This document shows positions 1-13,899 of a DNA stretch of 64,000 nucleotides, one piece after another. Position 1 is the stretch's first letter. Each line of letters begins with the position of its first letter. The translations under genes and the position numbers were made by a program. Below the pieces are notes generated by a model that saw nothing but the letters and a program-made list of their open reading frames with translations, was not told where the DNA came from and did not search any database. Location of the stretch: the NCBI GenBank assembly GCA_024137785.1, contig JAHRHZ010000009.1, positions 6,063,990 through 6,127,989 on the forward strand, in the 5' to 3' direction. The DNA comes from Ginglymostoma cirratum (taxonomy: Eukaryota).

Positions 1-104
1 AGCCTTACCTCCTCTGATTCCTGGGGTTGGCAGGACTGGCATGTGAAGGGGGTCAGGGATTATATTCACTGCAGTTAAGGGCAAAAAAAAGAGAGAGGTT
101 CCTA

Positions 105-400
105 GAAACCTGCAAAATTCTAACAGGGCCAGACAGGGTAAATGCTGGAAGGTATTCCCAGTGACCAGAACCAGGGATCACAGTCTGAGGATAAGGGATA
201 AGCCATTTCAGATTTGAGATACGGAAAATTTTCTTATACTGAAACTGGTGAACCTTTCAAATTCTCCACCAGAGAAAGCGGTTGAGGCCAAAGCATTCAA
301 TGTTTTCGAGAAACTGTGTTGGATCATGATCGTATTGAATGGTGGAGCAGGCTCGAGGGCTGAATGGTCTACTCATACTCCATTTGTCTAACTTTCTATG
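105..400 (+). mobile_element. CR1-type LINE 3' end fragment
   Basis: Decayed RT C-terminus and 3' tail (gacagggtaaatgctggaagg...gaatggtggagcaggctcgagggctgaatggtctact), shared with copies near 27900 and 53040. Confidence 0.75.
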
Positions 401-1518
401 GTCTAGCTTAGTTCAGTGATGGTTGACACCAGTTCAGCAACGTGGTTGACTGTCGTCTGGGCAGTAAATGCTAACCACAATCTCATCCTGTGTGTGAATT
501 TTTATCAAATGAAACTGGTTTATGGATAGCACTGTCTGAAACCACAAGGAAATGGACATGGAGAGTTACTGGTTCTTGTCTCAAGCAGGAGGATGATTTT
601 CAGCTGTTGCCTAGGAGGCAATGTCATCAGTGGCAGTAAATCTAAACACTCATCCATTTTTTTGTTTTGTCCACGCAAAGCTCATGCACCCACCAAAAAT
701 AGGTAACAACCTTTATAGCATGGTTAAATCAGGGTCCTATCCACAGCAATAGAATCAATAAGGCAATTGGATGGGCTTGAGGGAAAGAAGTGTACAGGGT
801 TTCAGGATAGAGCAGGGGAGTGGCTCTGGTTTGGTTGATCCACAGAAAACTGGAATTGATACAAAGGCCAAGTTTGTGTTTTGCTCCTTAACTGTGAGAA
901 TGGATGTCTTCAGTGGCATTGATGGGCAGCCCCATCAATGAGTGAACTCACCAAATCGAGTTCCAATCGGCTTAAGAGCTAACTGCTGAGCTTCTCGGTG
1001 TATTGCAGAGCCTGGATGCTGAAGTCCTGCCTCCCCAGAAGCTGCTGGCCAGTTAGCAGCCAATAGCTTTCTGGTGACGGAAATTGCCACTGAAGGCCTC
1101 GTCTGCAGGAAATCCAGCAGCAAGAAGCTAAGTCACTTTTTTCTTTCTTTCTTCTTTCACGCCCTGCAGGGTGAGAGTTGTGAGGAGGAGGTGGTTCAGC
1201 GGTAAGGGCTGAGAGGTATGATTCTTGGTCATCACCTCCCATCCCTGCCAGCCAGCCATCTAACTGATTAGCCAAAAAAGCAGGCAGGTTGCTTGGTATT
1301 CAAGTTGGTATACCAACCATTTGACTCCTTTCCTAGTAAGGTAGATAATTAGGCCAGTGAGGTGAGACACTTAAGTAGCCCTCAACTAATCACCTAAAGG
1401 GCATTAATAGCTAGAGATTTAAGAAAATTACCCATGGTTCTTCTTGCCTAGCACCTTATTGCTGAGGTGGCAAGAGGAGGATGGCTCACTCTCCAGGATC
1501 GACTCACCCAATTATTTC

Positions 1519-1799
1519 AAAACCAAAAGAACTGCGGGATACTGTAAATCAGAAACAAAAACAGAAATTGCTGGAAAAGTCCAGCAAGTCCAGCAGCATC
1601 TGTGGAGATAAACGTTTTGGGTCGGAGATCCTTCCTCTCCACCCCCCCCCCCCCAGCCTATCTTCTGCATGAAAACCGACATTTTCCTCGCTACCATCCG
1701 TTCTGAGGAAGGGTCACCGGACCCAATTTGTTAACTGATTTCCTTTCACAGATGCTTCCAGACCTGCTGAGCTTTTTCCAGCAATTTCTTTTCTTGTTT
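1519..1799. mobile_element. Penelope-like terminal-repeat derivative (family B), inverted pair with a C-rich spacer
   Basis: Left arm aaaaccaaaagaactgcg...gaaattgctggaaaag...gcatctgtg is complementary to right arm cacagatgc...tttccagcaatttc. Degenerate hammerhead-like ctgaggaagggtcaccggaccc at 1703-1724. Confidence 0.65.
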
Positions 1800-2739
1800 G
1801 CTCATCTCACCGACTTCTTCATTTCCAGGAAGGAGAAAAAGTACGCTGAGTTAATAACGCTAAAATTCTGACATTGTCATGAGTATTATGTGAGCTGAAG
1901 TCAATGGTTCTCTACTAGTTTGTACCAAGGGTTGAGTAGCCTATTTAGTGGTACTTTGATGGGAGCTTTAGGGACCAAGTTACAGCCTTGAAAACCATCA
2001 GACCGTGAGAGGTAGGAGGCAGGCATAGTGTATGTCTCATCTGCTGCCCACTTGGTGTGCCTCCAAATTAAAAACCATCCTCCGACCTTTATCCTTGCTA
2101 TTGTTTTAGCTTGCTTTTACTTCTGGATTGATTGAACTAATAATTATTTATTCTAATTCTCTCCTCTCTAACCTTGACAAGCATAATGATGCAATACTTG
2201 TGAAAGGATTTCACCCTCATACAAGGCAAGGAATGCCAAGAAATCTAATGAGCAGGATGGGGCAGGGCTGTAAAATTGGGCACCCTGATATGGCACTCCT
2301 CCTATTGTTTAACTTTCTCTCCCATCCTCATTGCAATTTTATCAGCAGTATGGCAGGGATTCTGTGTTCAAGTCTCACCAGCCCTGGAGGAACTGTATAA
2401 TGAAAAATAATTCTAACTCACAATGGGAAGGGCAATCAGTTTTCTGACTCACCTCAATCTCCTACTGACCCTGGCCTTGGTGATTCAAGCTTCCAATCAT
2501 GACACATACTAACTTAAACTTTTAAAGATTTAGCTGCAGCTGTCCCCTTATCTGGGTGGGTCTGCTGGAACCAGAGAATTGTCCATTTTGTGATTAGCTT
2601 AGAGCTCATAGAGGTAGGTTCATCTTCTAGCCCCCTCCCCAGAAGGGAGCAGAAATCCCACTCGTGAAATCAGCTGGCCAGCCGTTGTTAAATGGCAGTG
2701 GGGCAAACCAGCCAAGCTTGCTCTCAACATACAAGAGTC

Positions 2740-4260
2740 AATCATTTGGCATCTAGAACCTGTTGCACCATTCAATAAGATCACAGCTGATCTGATTGTA
2801 ACGTCAACTTCAGTACTCAACCTACTCCACCCACTCCCAACACAACACCCTTTAACTCCCTTGTTAGTTAAGAATCTAACTGTACATACATTAAAAATAT
2901 AATTCAGTGACCATGTCACCACCTGTCCTTGGTTCATCAGTTCCAAACCTTTGAGTGATTTCTTCTCATCCCTGTCATAAAAGGAAGATCCTATTTAATG
3001 TCTTTCACCAATCATCTGAGAATTTCACATTTTTTAATTAGATATTTTTCTCAGTTTTCTAAACAGCATTGGGTACAGGCACAGCTTGTCCAACCCATTC
3101 GTGCAAGATGATCCTATCATCCCAGCAAAGGGTCTAGTGAATTTTCTCTATACTGATTAAATGCAATTGTATCCTTCCTTTAAATAAGGAGACTAAAAGT
3201 CTACACAATACTTTACACAAGGTTTCACTAATGCCTGTATAACTGTAGCAAAAATTCTACTTTTATATTGCATTTGCCTTCTAATAAAGATCAACTTTCC
3301 AACTGCCTTCCTAAATACATGTTGTACCTACGTATTACCTTCCATCTGCAAGGACACCCAGATCCATCCATATCTCAGTATTCTAACAACAGCTGTCAAT
3401 TTAAATAATATCTCAGATTCTCCAGCATCGGCAGTTCCTACCAGCTCTGTAATAATTTAAATAATATGCTGCTTTTCTACTCTTCCTGACAAAGTGGATA
3501 AAATAAATATTTTCCTTATTTATACTCCACCTGCCAATTATTTGCCAACTCAGAGCCAACTTAGATTCCTTTGCAGACTCCTTATACTGCCTTCGCGACT
3601 TGCTTTCCTGCCAATCTTTGTGTTGTCAGAAAATTTCGCAGCCATACATTTGTTCCTTCATTCAATTGATTGATTTTCACCTCAGCACTAATCCCTCTAG
3701 CATTCCTCTCATTACATCTTGCTAACCTGAAAATGTCTACTCTGTTTCCTATAAGTTAACGAGTCCTTTATCCTCCTGATAGAATCAGTTTTCTTAATAT
3801 ATGTTAGCACCTACTGAGAGTTCTTATTTTGTGTAGCAATCTTTCAGGCAACCTAGTAGGTACATTTTGGAAATCAAAGTACACCATGTCCACGGGTTCC
3901 TCTTCTCCAAATTTCTTGTTAATTCCACATAGAACTCTAATAAAATAGTCAAACATGATTCCCTTGAAGAAAACCATGTTAACTTTGCTTAAATGTGTGG
4001 ATATTTTCTTAATGCCTCACAATATCCTCCTCAATATACTCGAGTATTTTGCTTACAACAAATGTTAAACTATTTGGTCTGTAGTTTCCTGCTTTCTGTC
4101 TCCCTCCTTTTCATGACTGGAGGAGTTGCATTTATTATTTTCCAATCTGATGGAACCTTTCCAGAATCTAAGAATTCTGAAAAATTTAAAACTAATGAAT
4201 CTGCTATGTTAGCAGCCTGTTCTTTTAGCAGCCTGGCAATTTATCATCATTTTATGTTCC
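2740..4260 (-). mobile_element. Old, heavily decayed CR1-type LINE
   Basis: Reverse-strand CR1 RT-like tracts (e.g. gtcaaacatgattcccttgaagaaaaccatgtt, gtgttgtcagaaaatttcgc); no open frame remains. Confidence 0.6.
3412..3453. mobile_element. 42-bp terminal fragment of Penelope-like family A with 14-bp TSD
   Basis: ctcagattctccagcatcggcagttcc matches 28165-28191. Flanked by the exact direct repeat aatttaaataatat at 3398-3411 and 3454-3467. Confidence 0.7.
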
Positions 4261-4984
4261 TCTCTCAATTTTTTTCTTTCTACATAATTATTTCTGTTAT
4301 TTGTATCCTCTACAGATAAAAGATATGTGTTCCCTTTATCCCCTATTTCCCTAATTTTTCCATCAGTAATTCATCAAATTATTCTCCAGAGAACCAATGT
4401 TTGCTTCTTGTTTTCCTTTCCAGCTAGCTTTTCCTCCTGCTCGAATGTCTCCTTTCATTGATATGATCACCCTTTGCTGTTTTTCACATATCCTGTCCAA
4501 TCTCATGACCTGCCTATATCTTCATGAAATTGTTTTATTCTTTCAATGGTGGTTGGAAAACTTAAATTCCTTCCCAAAAATCTAGAATTAAAAGATGGAA
4601 TTGATAAAAATGGCCATGATACTGTTGGAAAATTATAAAAGTACAACTGTTTCATTAATATCCTTCAGAAAGAAAGCCTACCATCTTAGTGCAGTCTACA
4701 TATGGCTGAAGACCCATCCTAACATAACTGATTTTTTTGTGCTCTGACTTTTAAAAGGAGGCCAATTGACATCTAGTGGCAAGTAAGAATGGCAATAATT
4801 GCAGGCCTTAATTTAAGTATCAATTCCTAAGACCAATTAACTTTAATTATTCCTCATACTGAAAGTAGTAAGGGGTGTTGGAGCATTAAAATTTATAGGA
4901 GCAGTTTCTTTTAGTTTTTGGATCCAACAATTCAGCCTCCTTTGCAGAGATTTGTCCCCTGTCTACACAAACGCTTGTAACCCC

Positions 4985-6700
4985 TTCATAGAGTCATATA
5001 CCATGGAAAAAGACCCTTCGGCCCAACCAGTCCACTCCGCACATAATTCCAAACTAAACTCGTTCCCACTTGCCTGCCTCTGGCCCATATCCATCTAAAT
5101 CTTTCCTATTCATGAAATTATCCAAATGTCTTAAACATTGTAATTGTGCTTATGCCCACCACTTCTGAGGAAGCTCATTCCACATGTGAACCACTCTCAA
5201 TGTTTAAAAAAAAATGCCCCCATGTCTCTTTAAATCTCTCTCTTCTCAGTTTTAAAAATGTGCCTCCTAGTCTTGAAATCCCCATCCTATGGAAAAGACA
5301 CATACCATTAACCCTATCTATACCTCTCATGATTTTATAAACTTCTATAACATCACCCCTCAACCTCCTACGCTCCAGACGAAAAAGTCCCAGCCTATCC
5401 AGCCTTTCCTTCATAATTTAAACCTTCCGTACCAAGCCACATCCTGGTAAATCTCTTCTGAATACTGTCCAGCTTAATAATATCCTTCCTGTAACAGGGT
5501 GACCAGAACTGCACACAGTACTCAGAAGAGGCCTCATCAATGTACTGTACAACCTCAAAATAAGGTCCCAACCTCTATACTTAAAGGTCTGAGCAATGCA
5601 GGCAAACGTGCTAAACACCTTTTTAACCACCCTGTCTCTATGTGATGCAAACTTCAAAGAATTATGTACGTGCATACCTACATCCGTTTGTTCCACAACA
5701 CTACCCAATGCCCTACCATTAACTGTATAAGTCCTACCCCTGCTTATTGTACCAAAGTGCAATACTTCCCATTTATCAAAATTTAGCTCCATCTACCATT
5801 TTTTAGCCCAATGACCCATTTGATCAAGATCCCTTTGTAATCTTAATCCTAGACAGAGAAGACGATTTTCCACGACACCAATTTTGGTGTCATCCACAAA
5901 CTTACTGATCATGTCTTCTATATTCTCCTCTAAACCATTTGTATAGATGACAAACAAAAGAGGACCCTGATGCCAGCCCTATGGAACACCACTGGTCACA
6001 GACCTCCAGTCCGAAAAGCAACCCTCCACCGTTACTCTGTCTCTTGCTGTTAAACCAATAATATAACAACTGGCTGGCTCATCCTGAATCCCATGTGACC
6101 TGACTTCAGTTCTTAGTCTACCATGCGGAACCTTGTTAAAGGCTTTACTAAAGTCCAAGTAAACAACATCTATTGCTTTGTCCTCATCAATCTTTTTTGG
6201 TAACTTCCTGAATAAAAGATCTTAATCAAGTTTGAGATACACAGTTTTCCTTGCTCAAAGCCATGCTGACTATCCCTAATCAACTTTTACCTCTCTACAT
6301 GTCCATAAGTCTTATATTTTAAAACAGCAATTTACCCACAACCGAAGCCGGAGACACAGCTCTATAGTTCCCCAGAGTTTCCGTATAAACCTTCTTAAAC
6401 AAAGGTACAATATTAGCCACCCTCCAGTCATGAGGCACCGCACCTGTAGTTACAGATGATGCAAATATTTCTGCAAGGGGTCTTGCTATTTTCTCCCTTA
6501 CTTCCCACAACGTTCTGGGATACGTTAGATCAGGTCCCAGAGATTTAACTACTTTTACATTCTACAGATCTTCTTGTTCTGTCATGTGAACTGTTTTTAA
6601 AACATCAAAATTTATTTCCCTGCATTCTTTAGCCTCAATTTCTTTCTCCACAGTAAAAACTGAAACAAAATATTCATTTAGTACCACTCCCATCTTCTGG
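4985..6700 (-). mobile_element. CR1-type LINE, 5'-truncated, frameshifted RT
   Basis: ORF fragments with CR1 RT motifs: DWRVANIVPLFKK (6319-6510), FDKWEVLHFG (5418-5792), ERLDRLGLFRLERRRLRGDVIEVYKIMRG (5175-5414). Confidence 0.92.
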
Positions 6701-6822
6701 AGTTTAACACTTTATATTATATGTTTCAATGGATTACTTTAGTAACTTAACACCAAATCTTATAATTTTGAAATTCCCTTCCGACATCTGTCACACTTTT
6801 TGGACACTTTCTTAAAACCTTT

Positions 6823-7058
6823 AAAAAATCTAAGAACTGTGGATGCTGGAGATCTGAAACAAAAACAGAAATTGCTGCTGAACTCCAGCATGTCTGGGAA
6901 CATCTGTGGAAAGAGAAACAGAGTTAACATCAGAAGTCCGGTGGCTCTGCTTCAGGACATTCTGAAACAGGTCACTGGTTCTGAAATTTTCATTTTGCTT
7001 TCTCTCCACAGGTGCTGCTTGACATAGAGTTTCTCCAGCAATTTCTGTTTTTTTTTGT
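6823..7058. mobile_element. Penelope-like inverted-pair element (diverged family B variant)
   Basis: aaaaacagaaattgctg...catctgtgga is complementary to tccacaggtg...cagcaatttctgttttt; same architecture as 1519-1799 and 45815-45988. Confidence 0.6.
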
Positions 7059-7499
7059 CTTAAAATGTACCTCTTTGACCACTGTTTTGATCATGTCCTA
7101 ACATGCAATTCAGTGTCAAATCTTGTTTGTGCTCTTAAGAAGCACACTGGATGTTTCCTCAATAACTAAGCATGATGACAATAGTGTATTGTTGTTAACC
7201 TGAAATAGAGTTTTATTTTGGTAACAATGCTGTCAGCAAAAGTACTAATGAACAAAAGTTTTGAATTATTTCTAAATCTATAATTTTTGACTGTGATAAT
7301 GTGATGTAGGTTACCGATGTGCTTAAATTGCATTTTGCATTGTAATATCTAATGCAAATAGTTCAGTTCACATATTGAAACATTGGAAATTCTTTTTATA
7401 ACTGTTAATTTAAGTTTTTAGCTTCAAATTTATGGTGTTTTTGAATAATTATAATAAAATATAAGTAAAAGTTAAATACAAGTATAAGTGGATTGTTAC

Positions 7500-7723
7500 T
7501 GTAGTGATTGGAACCAGGTGGATCTCATTGACTGCGATCCTGGATTGATGTTATTAACCTGGGCCAACTGAGGAGCCCTGGGTGATTAGACATGAACAGG
7601 AGATTCAGAATCTCCTTATATCAGGGACTGACTCCGAGCTGGCTGGCCACAGCCTGTGTACTGTGCGCATGTAAATAAAGGGTGACTTGGTGATGGGATA
7701 TTGGCCTCTGTGCAGTCATTTCA
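7500..7723 (+). mobile_element. Solo LTR (~224 bp)
   Basis: Starts TGTAGTG, ends ATTTCA, internal AATAAA at 7674-7679, flanked by gttac/gttat (5-bp TSD with 1 mismatch). A homologous copy lies on the - strand at 55203-55739. Confidence 0.7.
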
Positions 7724-8538
7724 GTTATGAATATATATATATCATTGAAGTATGGCTAAAGGTTATTTATTATAACTATTTCAATGAATATCTTTAATTT
7801 TGTTTAATATTATCCAAAATAATTTAATCTCCCTGTAAACTAAATTTAAAAATCCATTATTTCCATAATAGATCTGCTATCCTTTGTTGCAGTTGTTTAT
7901 CACTGAAATTCGTGAGTTGTTTTGACTCTTTTTTTCAGTAGGATTTGTTATTAGAGTTGACCTAAGAAGTTTGGGGGGAGAAAAACATTAATTCAATAAA
8001 ATGAGAAAACAAAGCAGATAGTTGGAGGGAATTTATTACAATGTCAACATAATTGACCATGCAGGATAAATATGTTCCCCAAAGGAACCAATTGAGATTA
8101 ACCACATATGACCCTCTCATTACCAGCGAGCAAGTTAAACATGAGAAAAAGGGAAATTGATAAGTACAACTGCCAAAGGGAGAAAGAAGGGTCTCCTCAG
8201 GATGGATACAAAAAAATTCCAATGAAGGTAATTCAAGAAAACAAGTGTTCAGGTTGGGGAATGATGATGGGTGTCGTAGCTGAAGCTATGCAGAAGAATT
8301 TTCAATTGTATATTTCTACACAATAACAGCAAGGGGTAAAAACCAAAAAACATTCACTGTGCTTCAAACTCATACTGAGCATGAAATATTAAGTATTCCA
8401 AATGGCTACTTTCTCTAAATATTCACAAAGCAAATCATGAACAAACACGTCTTCACCAAACCAATATATCCCAAGTAAAATCAGACTGAATAACAAATAA
8501 AATAGGAATCCAATTAATCGGGTTTAAAACAAATATAT

Positions 8539-10273
8539 GGGACTGAATCTAACTACTTTTGTCTGAGCCAGGGTTGTCGAGTCTCTGGGAGGGTTTGTCA
8601 CTACGCGACCTAGAGAGGTCTCTTGCCATATCATAGCAAACCTGCTTCATTAATTATCTACCATGGCCTCCATAATGTCTCTCAACCGATTTTCCACCTG
8701 TTGTTCCTGGAACAACTTCCCAATCAATATATATATCCTGGAATTGACTAGCATCTCTTGAGTCCACACTACCTTTTTTGTTAAAGATTTCCCAGTCATC
8801 CGAACAAGCTCTCAGTCTGAAGCTGCGTGCAGAGTTGCTGACACTTTTTCCAGATATGGAGAATGGGGAGAAATTGGCATCCTGCTTGGCCAGGGACCTG
8901 GAGATCCTGCTGGACAAGTGATGCCAATGAGGGACTTCCTCACCTGGGGCCAGCAGTGGAAGCCACAACACCAAACCATGCCAGCTTGGTCTGAGGTTGC
9001 CACCCAGTTAGTGCACCCTGAACTGTCTGGAGGAATACCCAACACCGTACAGAGAAGGTCAATGTACTCCACTCTGCCATCTGGCACAATTAGTTCTGGC
9101 ACATTCTCTGCAGTGCCTCAAGCTCACTCTATCTCTGCTACTGTACCCACCTCCCACTAAAGTTCATGCTCTATTACTCACACTATCACTTGTAACATCT
9201 TTCCCCACTTGCTGTCACCTCCCCCAGTGTCCAATAGCACTAACCTTGCATGCATGTCCTCTGTGCCTTCTCACTCACTCAGGCCTCCGTGCCACCAGCA
9301 CCAACAGTAACGGCTGTGTCGCCCACTTTCATCTCCCTTTAATACCCACCTCTCTCATATTCCAGGAGGTAAACAGCCCACAGCAGGGGCAGAAAGAGTC
9401 AAGACCGATAGATTGCTGCCCACCATTTGGTTCCACACCCCTTATGAGGAGAGGCTCGAGCAGGGACTGCACTAGGAATAGACTTACTGAACCTCTGAAC
9501 AAAGGCTGTCCCCCTTGACTTGACTGAGATCTGCCAACAACAGTGGCAAGCTTCCTATCTTTGTGTCTGCACTAAACAACATGGCAAGACAGCAGTAACA
9601 TGAAGATGACATCTATGGCTGAGGGAGCAAAGCACAAAATGGCACCTGCAAGTCAGCTCAAAGTGAGTGAGCACTATGAGAACAAGCAGACAGGATGAAA
9701 AAGCAGCCTGGTCCAATCGAGCATTCATGTTCCTGATTGTAATACTGCAGCAAGGAAACTGTGCAGTGATAGTTGCCCATGCAGCATTGAAGTGCAGAAG
9801 CATCCTGTAAATAAATCAAAGATATGCCGTGAGGATTATTAGAAGCTAGTACGTGTTGGATGCAAATGTCCATGGCAATGGGATGCACCTCTCCAGTGTC
9901 CACTGAGCATTCCCTGAGATGTTGGTGTCCAGTTTCCAACACTGAGGTTATTCACACAAGCCTCGAGGTGAATCTGCTGGGTACCCGGTCTGATTTCCAT
10001 GTTGGGGTTTCCCTTATCTAGCTCATTTGGTGAGTTTGATAAGATAGGGAGCTATATATTAATAAGGCAAGTGGTTGTTAACAAAATACTTAACAGGTGT
10101 TAATCACTGTAGGTTGGCATCTTGCTACTTACTACCAAGAATCTCCCCTTGCTGCTTGGGGTAACCATGAAAGATGGAGCAAGACAATCTTTACATCGAA
10201 ATTGGCCTAGCGACATTTGTCACCCAATTCTGCCACACATCTCTCCGTAGCCCATGATGCTCAGATTCCGCCC
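8539..10273. mobile_element. Probable PIF/Harbinger-like DNA transposon relic
   Basis: GC-richer block bounded by imperfect inverted ends (gggactgaatct / agattccgccc). ORF 8918-9160 contains KPQHQTMPAWSEVATQL, resembling a Myb/SANT-like DNA-binding helix of the type Harbinger elements encode. Weak and decayed. Confidence 0.4.
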
Positions 10274-10289
10274 ATGACGTGGATAGATT

Positions 10290-11760
10290 GTATTTTCTGG
10301 AGAATAGATAAAGAAGCTAGAGTAGAGATTTCACTGATTAATAATCATTGAGGGAGTTACTGGATGGTGAATGTACAAGAAAAACAGAAGTAAGTTGATG
10401 TGCTTACCATATTCAAAATGGGCATGAAATTGGACACAGGCAGTCACAGACTTGTCTTCCTTTTTTTAATGTAATGGAATTGGTTATCGTGTTACTTGGA
10501 GTATCATCTGTACAATAATTAGCTATGTAACTATCATCAGTGTGAATTCAGAAGTGAAGATTTTGCTTGACGAATTTGCTTGTCTACTTGAATAGATATG
10601 AAGTAAGTTCAATACATGGTGCACTGAAACCTTCAAAATATATGATTTTATTAGTTGGATTCAAAGGTGTGCATAATTAGAGTATGGATATATATAGGTT
10701 GGATAGGACATAGGTTGAATTATAGGTGACAATGAAAATAGTGGTTATGTTGAACTCAATTGGAATGGGAGTGGACTGATAGTAATCAAAGCTGGTGATG
10801 ATAGTTGTCTTAATTTGTACAGAGTACCTGGATCAGAAACTTTTATGTAAAGTAGCCAAATTTGCAGATGATAAAAACAGAACAGTTGGGGAAGGCGTTC
10901 AGAAATTGAGATGAGTTAGACAATGTGTTGTTAGTAGGTAGCCCAATTGGCAATAAAATTTGATGCAAACAAAATACCTGTCCATACATGAAGGAAAAGA
11001 TAGCGATGCTGACTCACAAATAAAAAAATGACTAAGAATGAAGTTGAAAAAGTTTTGGCCACCTTTAGTTAATATATTACAGCAATCAAAGCTAATAAGA
11101 TATTGAACTACATAGCTAAATGCTAGAGTATCAGGAAGAATAATGGTCACATTTTAATACTGCTTTTGTCAGGCTGCATGTTGAGTACTGCATTCAGTTC
11201 TAATCACCAAGAAAGGAAGATATGTTCTGGTGCTGGAGGCACAATAGCATAACTCTGATTCCCAGAGTAAGGGACTGAGTTCCGAGGAATAATTGAAGAA
11301 TGTTAAACTTATTTTCCTGAAAGAAATGTATGTGAGAGCTGATCTTACTGAAGTGAAAAGGATTGTTAACAGTATTGAAAAAGTGAACCCAACATGTTCC
11401 TTTAAGAATAAAACCAAAGAACTGAATTTACGCCAATGTTAAATTTTAAAACAGAAATCAGGAAGCTTTGTCAGGATACAAAAACATATGCATACACTTT
11501 GTGATGAGGAATCAACATATTTTAATGCATGGGAATAAAGGTTGAAAGAGGTGTAAAAGGAGTTGCAAGTTCATGAATTTTTTTTTACACTATTGGACAA
11601 GTCGATATCTATCTCAATGAGCAATTAACATGGTATAAACTTCCAGATAAGAGTCCAGGCTTGCTGCCTGCACCATTCAAAGGACAATTCGATGGTACAG
11701 TGGCATTAGGATCTATCTGAATGCATGAAACAAGATGAGGGTGAGTGGCCTTACTCATAC
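10290..11760 (+). mobile_element. Very old CR1-type LINE remnant
   Basis: Residual gccaaatttgcagatgata (AKFADD) at 10855-10873 and later CR1-like tracts (gagtactgcattcagttct). Confidence 0.55.
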
Positions 11761-13232
11761 AATAAATTGGATGAATGCCACACTAAATATTCTCAATTCC
11801 TTTCAAAGGATTTTTACAACCACCGTAGTAAAAATAACATCTTTAAATTAATGTTTTGAAATATAAATGGAGCACAGTGCTGATTATTTAATCTGAATAA
11901 TGGTTTTGAGAACAGTAGTGAATCTGAATCTTTGTCCAGCACTAACCTTTTTGATATGAAAAATGATTGACTTTTGTTAGCTGAGACAATTCACTTCAAT
12001 TTCTGAACATGCAGCCGTCTGATCTGGTTTATGTGACACTTTCCTCTATGAAGACATCATGTTAGGGCTCTCAAGTAAAAGGAATGATTTTCCAAGGACA
12101 TTGCATTATCCCCGACATCCACCCACTTTTTACTTCAGTGCGAATAGTCATTCTTGATCAGCTGTGTTTAGATAAATGGAAGTAGGCAGCCTTGCCAACA
12201 TCTACTACTTTACCTGAGAAACCGCTCAATTCTATAGCCATTTGCACAAATTATGACTTCAGATGAACTGCCATTGGACAGTATTCTGCCCAGAGAAATA
12301 AATAAATTAATTTAATGTTTGCTCCATCAACATTGCTGATATATTAACCTGAGGTTATTTGGTTAACAGCTTTAAAAGTGGTTAAAAAAATATTCAAGCT
12401 TACTAATCTAGCAATCTGATGAATGATACCTTTGTATAATGCATTGTCCATAAAATATACCTTTCTCTTTGTTAATGTGACAGTTAAGAGATTAGCTTTT
12501 ACACACATTACATTGAAGGATACTTTGTCATTTTGATTCTCCCTAATTAGTTTGGCAAGTCCAATTTCTATTTATTTACTGAAGAAAACCAACTGGCAGG
12601 ACTTGGGTTTGTGTATACCATTTGCCCACACTGATGATGTTTGATTTTGACCACAGCCAAACAGGAACTGTTAGACGGATCTTAGCTTTCTTACGCCATT
12701 AATGACAAAGACTATAAAGAAGGCTGTCTGTCTGAGTAGCTGTCGTATGTTGCTTTGTAGCTAGTTTAAGAGACTTTTGGGAGAAATCTGAGAGCAAGTC
12801 TCTCTCCATAAATTATGGAGATTTTCTTCTTTAGCATTTGGATGTCAGCTAATGCCCACCTGAAGAATACACAGCAAAATCAGACAGCACTGCACAGCAC
12901 TGACTGGAGCCAAATTGGCCAAATGGGAAATTAAGCAATTTCCTGAATGCCCCAATGAATGGTTCCAGAGTGCTTTATTATCTGCATCCTCCTCAATCCA
13001 TGAGCGTGCCAAAGTATTCCAATGCTTTTCGGGGACAGCAGAAGCCCATCTCCACTGGGACATAGTCAGTCCCACCTGACATTCCTTTGCACTTTCTCAA
13101 CTAAAAAAGAAAATGTCCCTCTTTCTCTTCTCATTTTGTTTCAGATGGGGCAGCATTGTACAGAATGCTGAGGCTAGATGGTCTGCACTTTGTATTTAAC
13201 GATTTTCTCATAGTAATAACATTGGTTTGCAG

Positions 13233-13373
13233 ATATACAATATGCATTATAGCATGAGCATCAATGGAAAGATAAAGGATGGATCTTTGGAAATTGACAC
13301 TGAGAACAACCTTGAAACATTCAGGACTGGAAGTGGCAGTGAAGAGGCAGTGGAGGTTCATGATTTTCAGACT
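13233..13373 (+). CDS. CNMD: Chondromodulin (CNMD/LECT1) coding exon, equivalent to human exon 3 (region leading into the BRICHOS domain)
   Basis: ttgcag|ATA...ACT|gtaagt; 141 nt, phase 0/0. Encodes IYNMHYSMSINGKIKDGSLEIDTENNLETFRTGSGSEEAVEVHDFQT, matching recalled human CNMD IYNVHYTMSINGKLQDGSMEIDAGNNLETFKMGSGAEEAIAVNDFQN. Confidence 0.97.
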
Positions 13374-13785
13374 GTAAGTCAAATAACTGTGTCTTCAATT
13401 ATGAGAACTCATTATTGTATGCCATCCAGTTTTTGACTTATCTGTAAGTACATTGTCAATAATAATCTGGTACATTGTACTATACGAATTACATTTATTT
13501 GCTTTTCATTGAAATCATTTGAAACAATATGCCTCATTAGAATTTATTCCCTATAAGATCAGTGCTCAAGACAGTTCACTGATTAGGGGCTTGTACTTGT
13601 AACCTTCCAACTGAGGGGTATAAGCAATATCGCTGAGCTCTGGCTACTTAGACAGCGATGACATAAGAACAAAATTAACAATGTGTGAGTGCAATTTTTG
13701 TTTTTGTTTTGTAGCATGTTTCAATGCAACTTGACAGGAAGTGTGGATGCAGTGTGTTTAATGGTAACTCATTTCTGTGTTACAG

Positions 13786-13899
13786 GGAATTACAGGAATT
13801 CACTTTGCTGGAGGAGAGAAATGTTACATCAAAGCCCAAGCTAAAGCACACCTGCCTGATATTGAGAACATGAAAACCGAAGCAATTGCAATTGAGCTT
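13786..13899 (+). CDS. CNMD: CNMD coding exon, equivalent to human exon 4 (BRICHOS domain)
   Basis: ttacag|GGA...CTT|gtaggt; 114 nt, phase 0/0. Encodes GITGIHFAGGEKCYIKAQAKAHLPDIENMKTEAIAIEL (human GITGIRFAGGEKCYIKAQVKARIPE...). Not in the ORF track; read directly from the sequence. Confidence 0.97.

Noticed and set aside
12803-12821. Short perfect palindrome tctccataa-a-ttatggaga (a similar one lies at ~7598-7616)
   Set aside because: 9-bp arms occur occasionally by chance in 64 kb of AT-rich DNA; no supporting context.
1-13232. CNMD exons 1-2 (start codon and transmembrane segment)
   Set aside because: No hydrophobic GA-LL-GAIGAFYFW-like exon was found by eye; these exons are presumed to lie upstream of the window.
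13780-13800. Second acceptor-like ttacag 10 nt inside exon 4
   Set aside because: Using it would frameshift the CDS; it is explained by the conserved GITGI codons.
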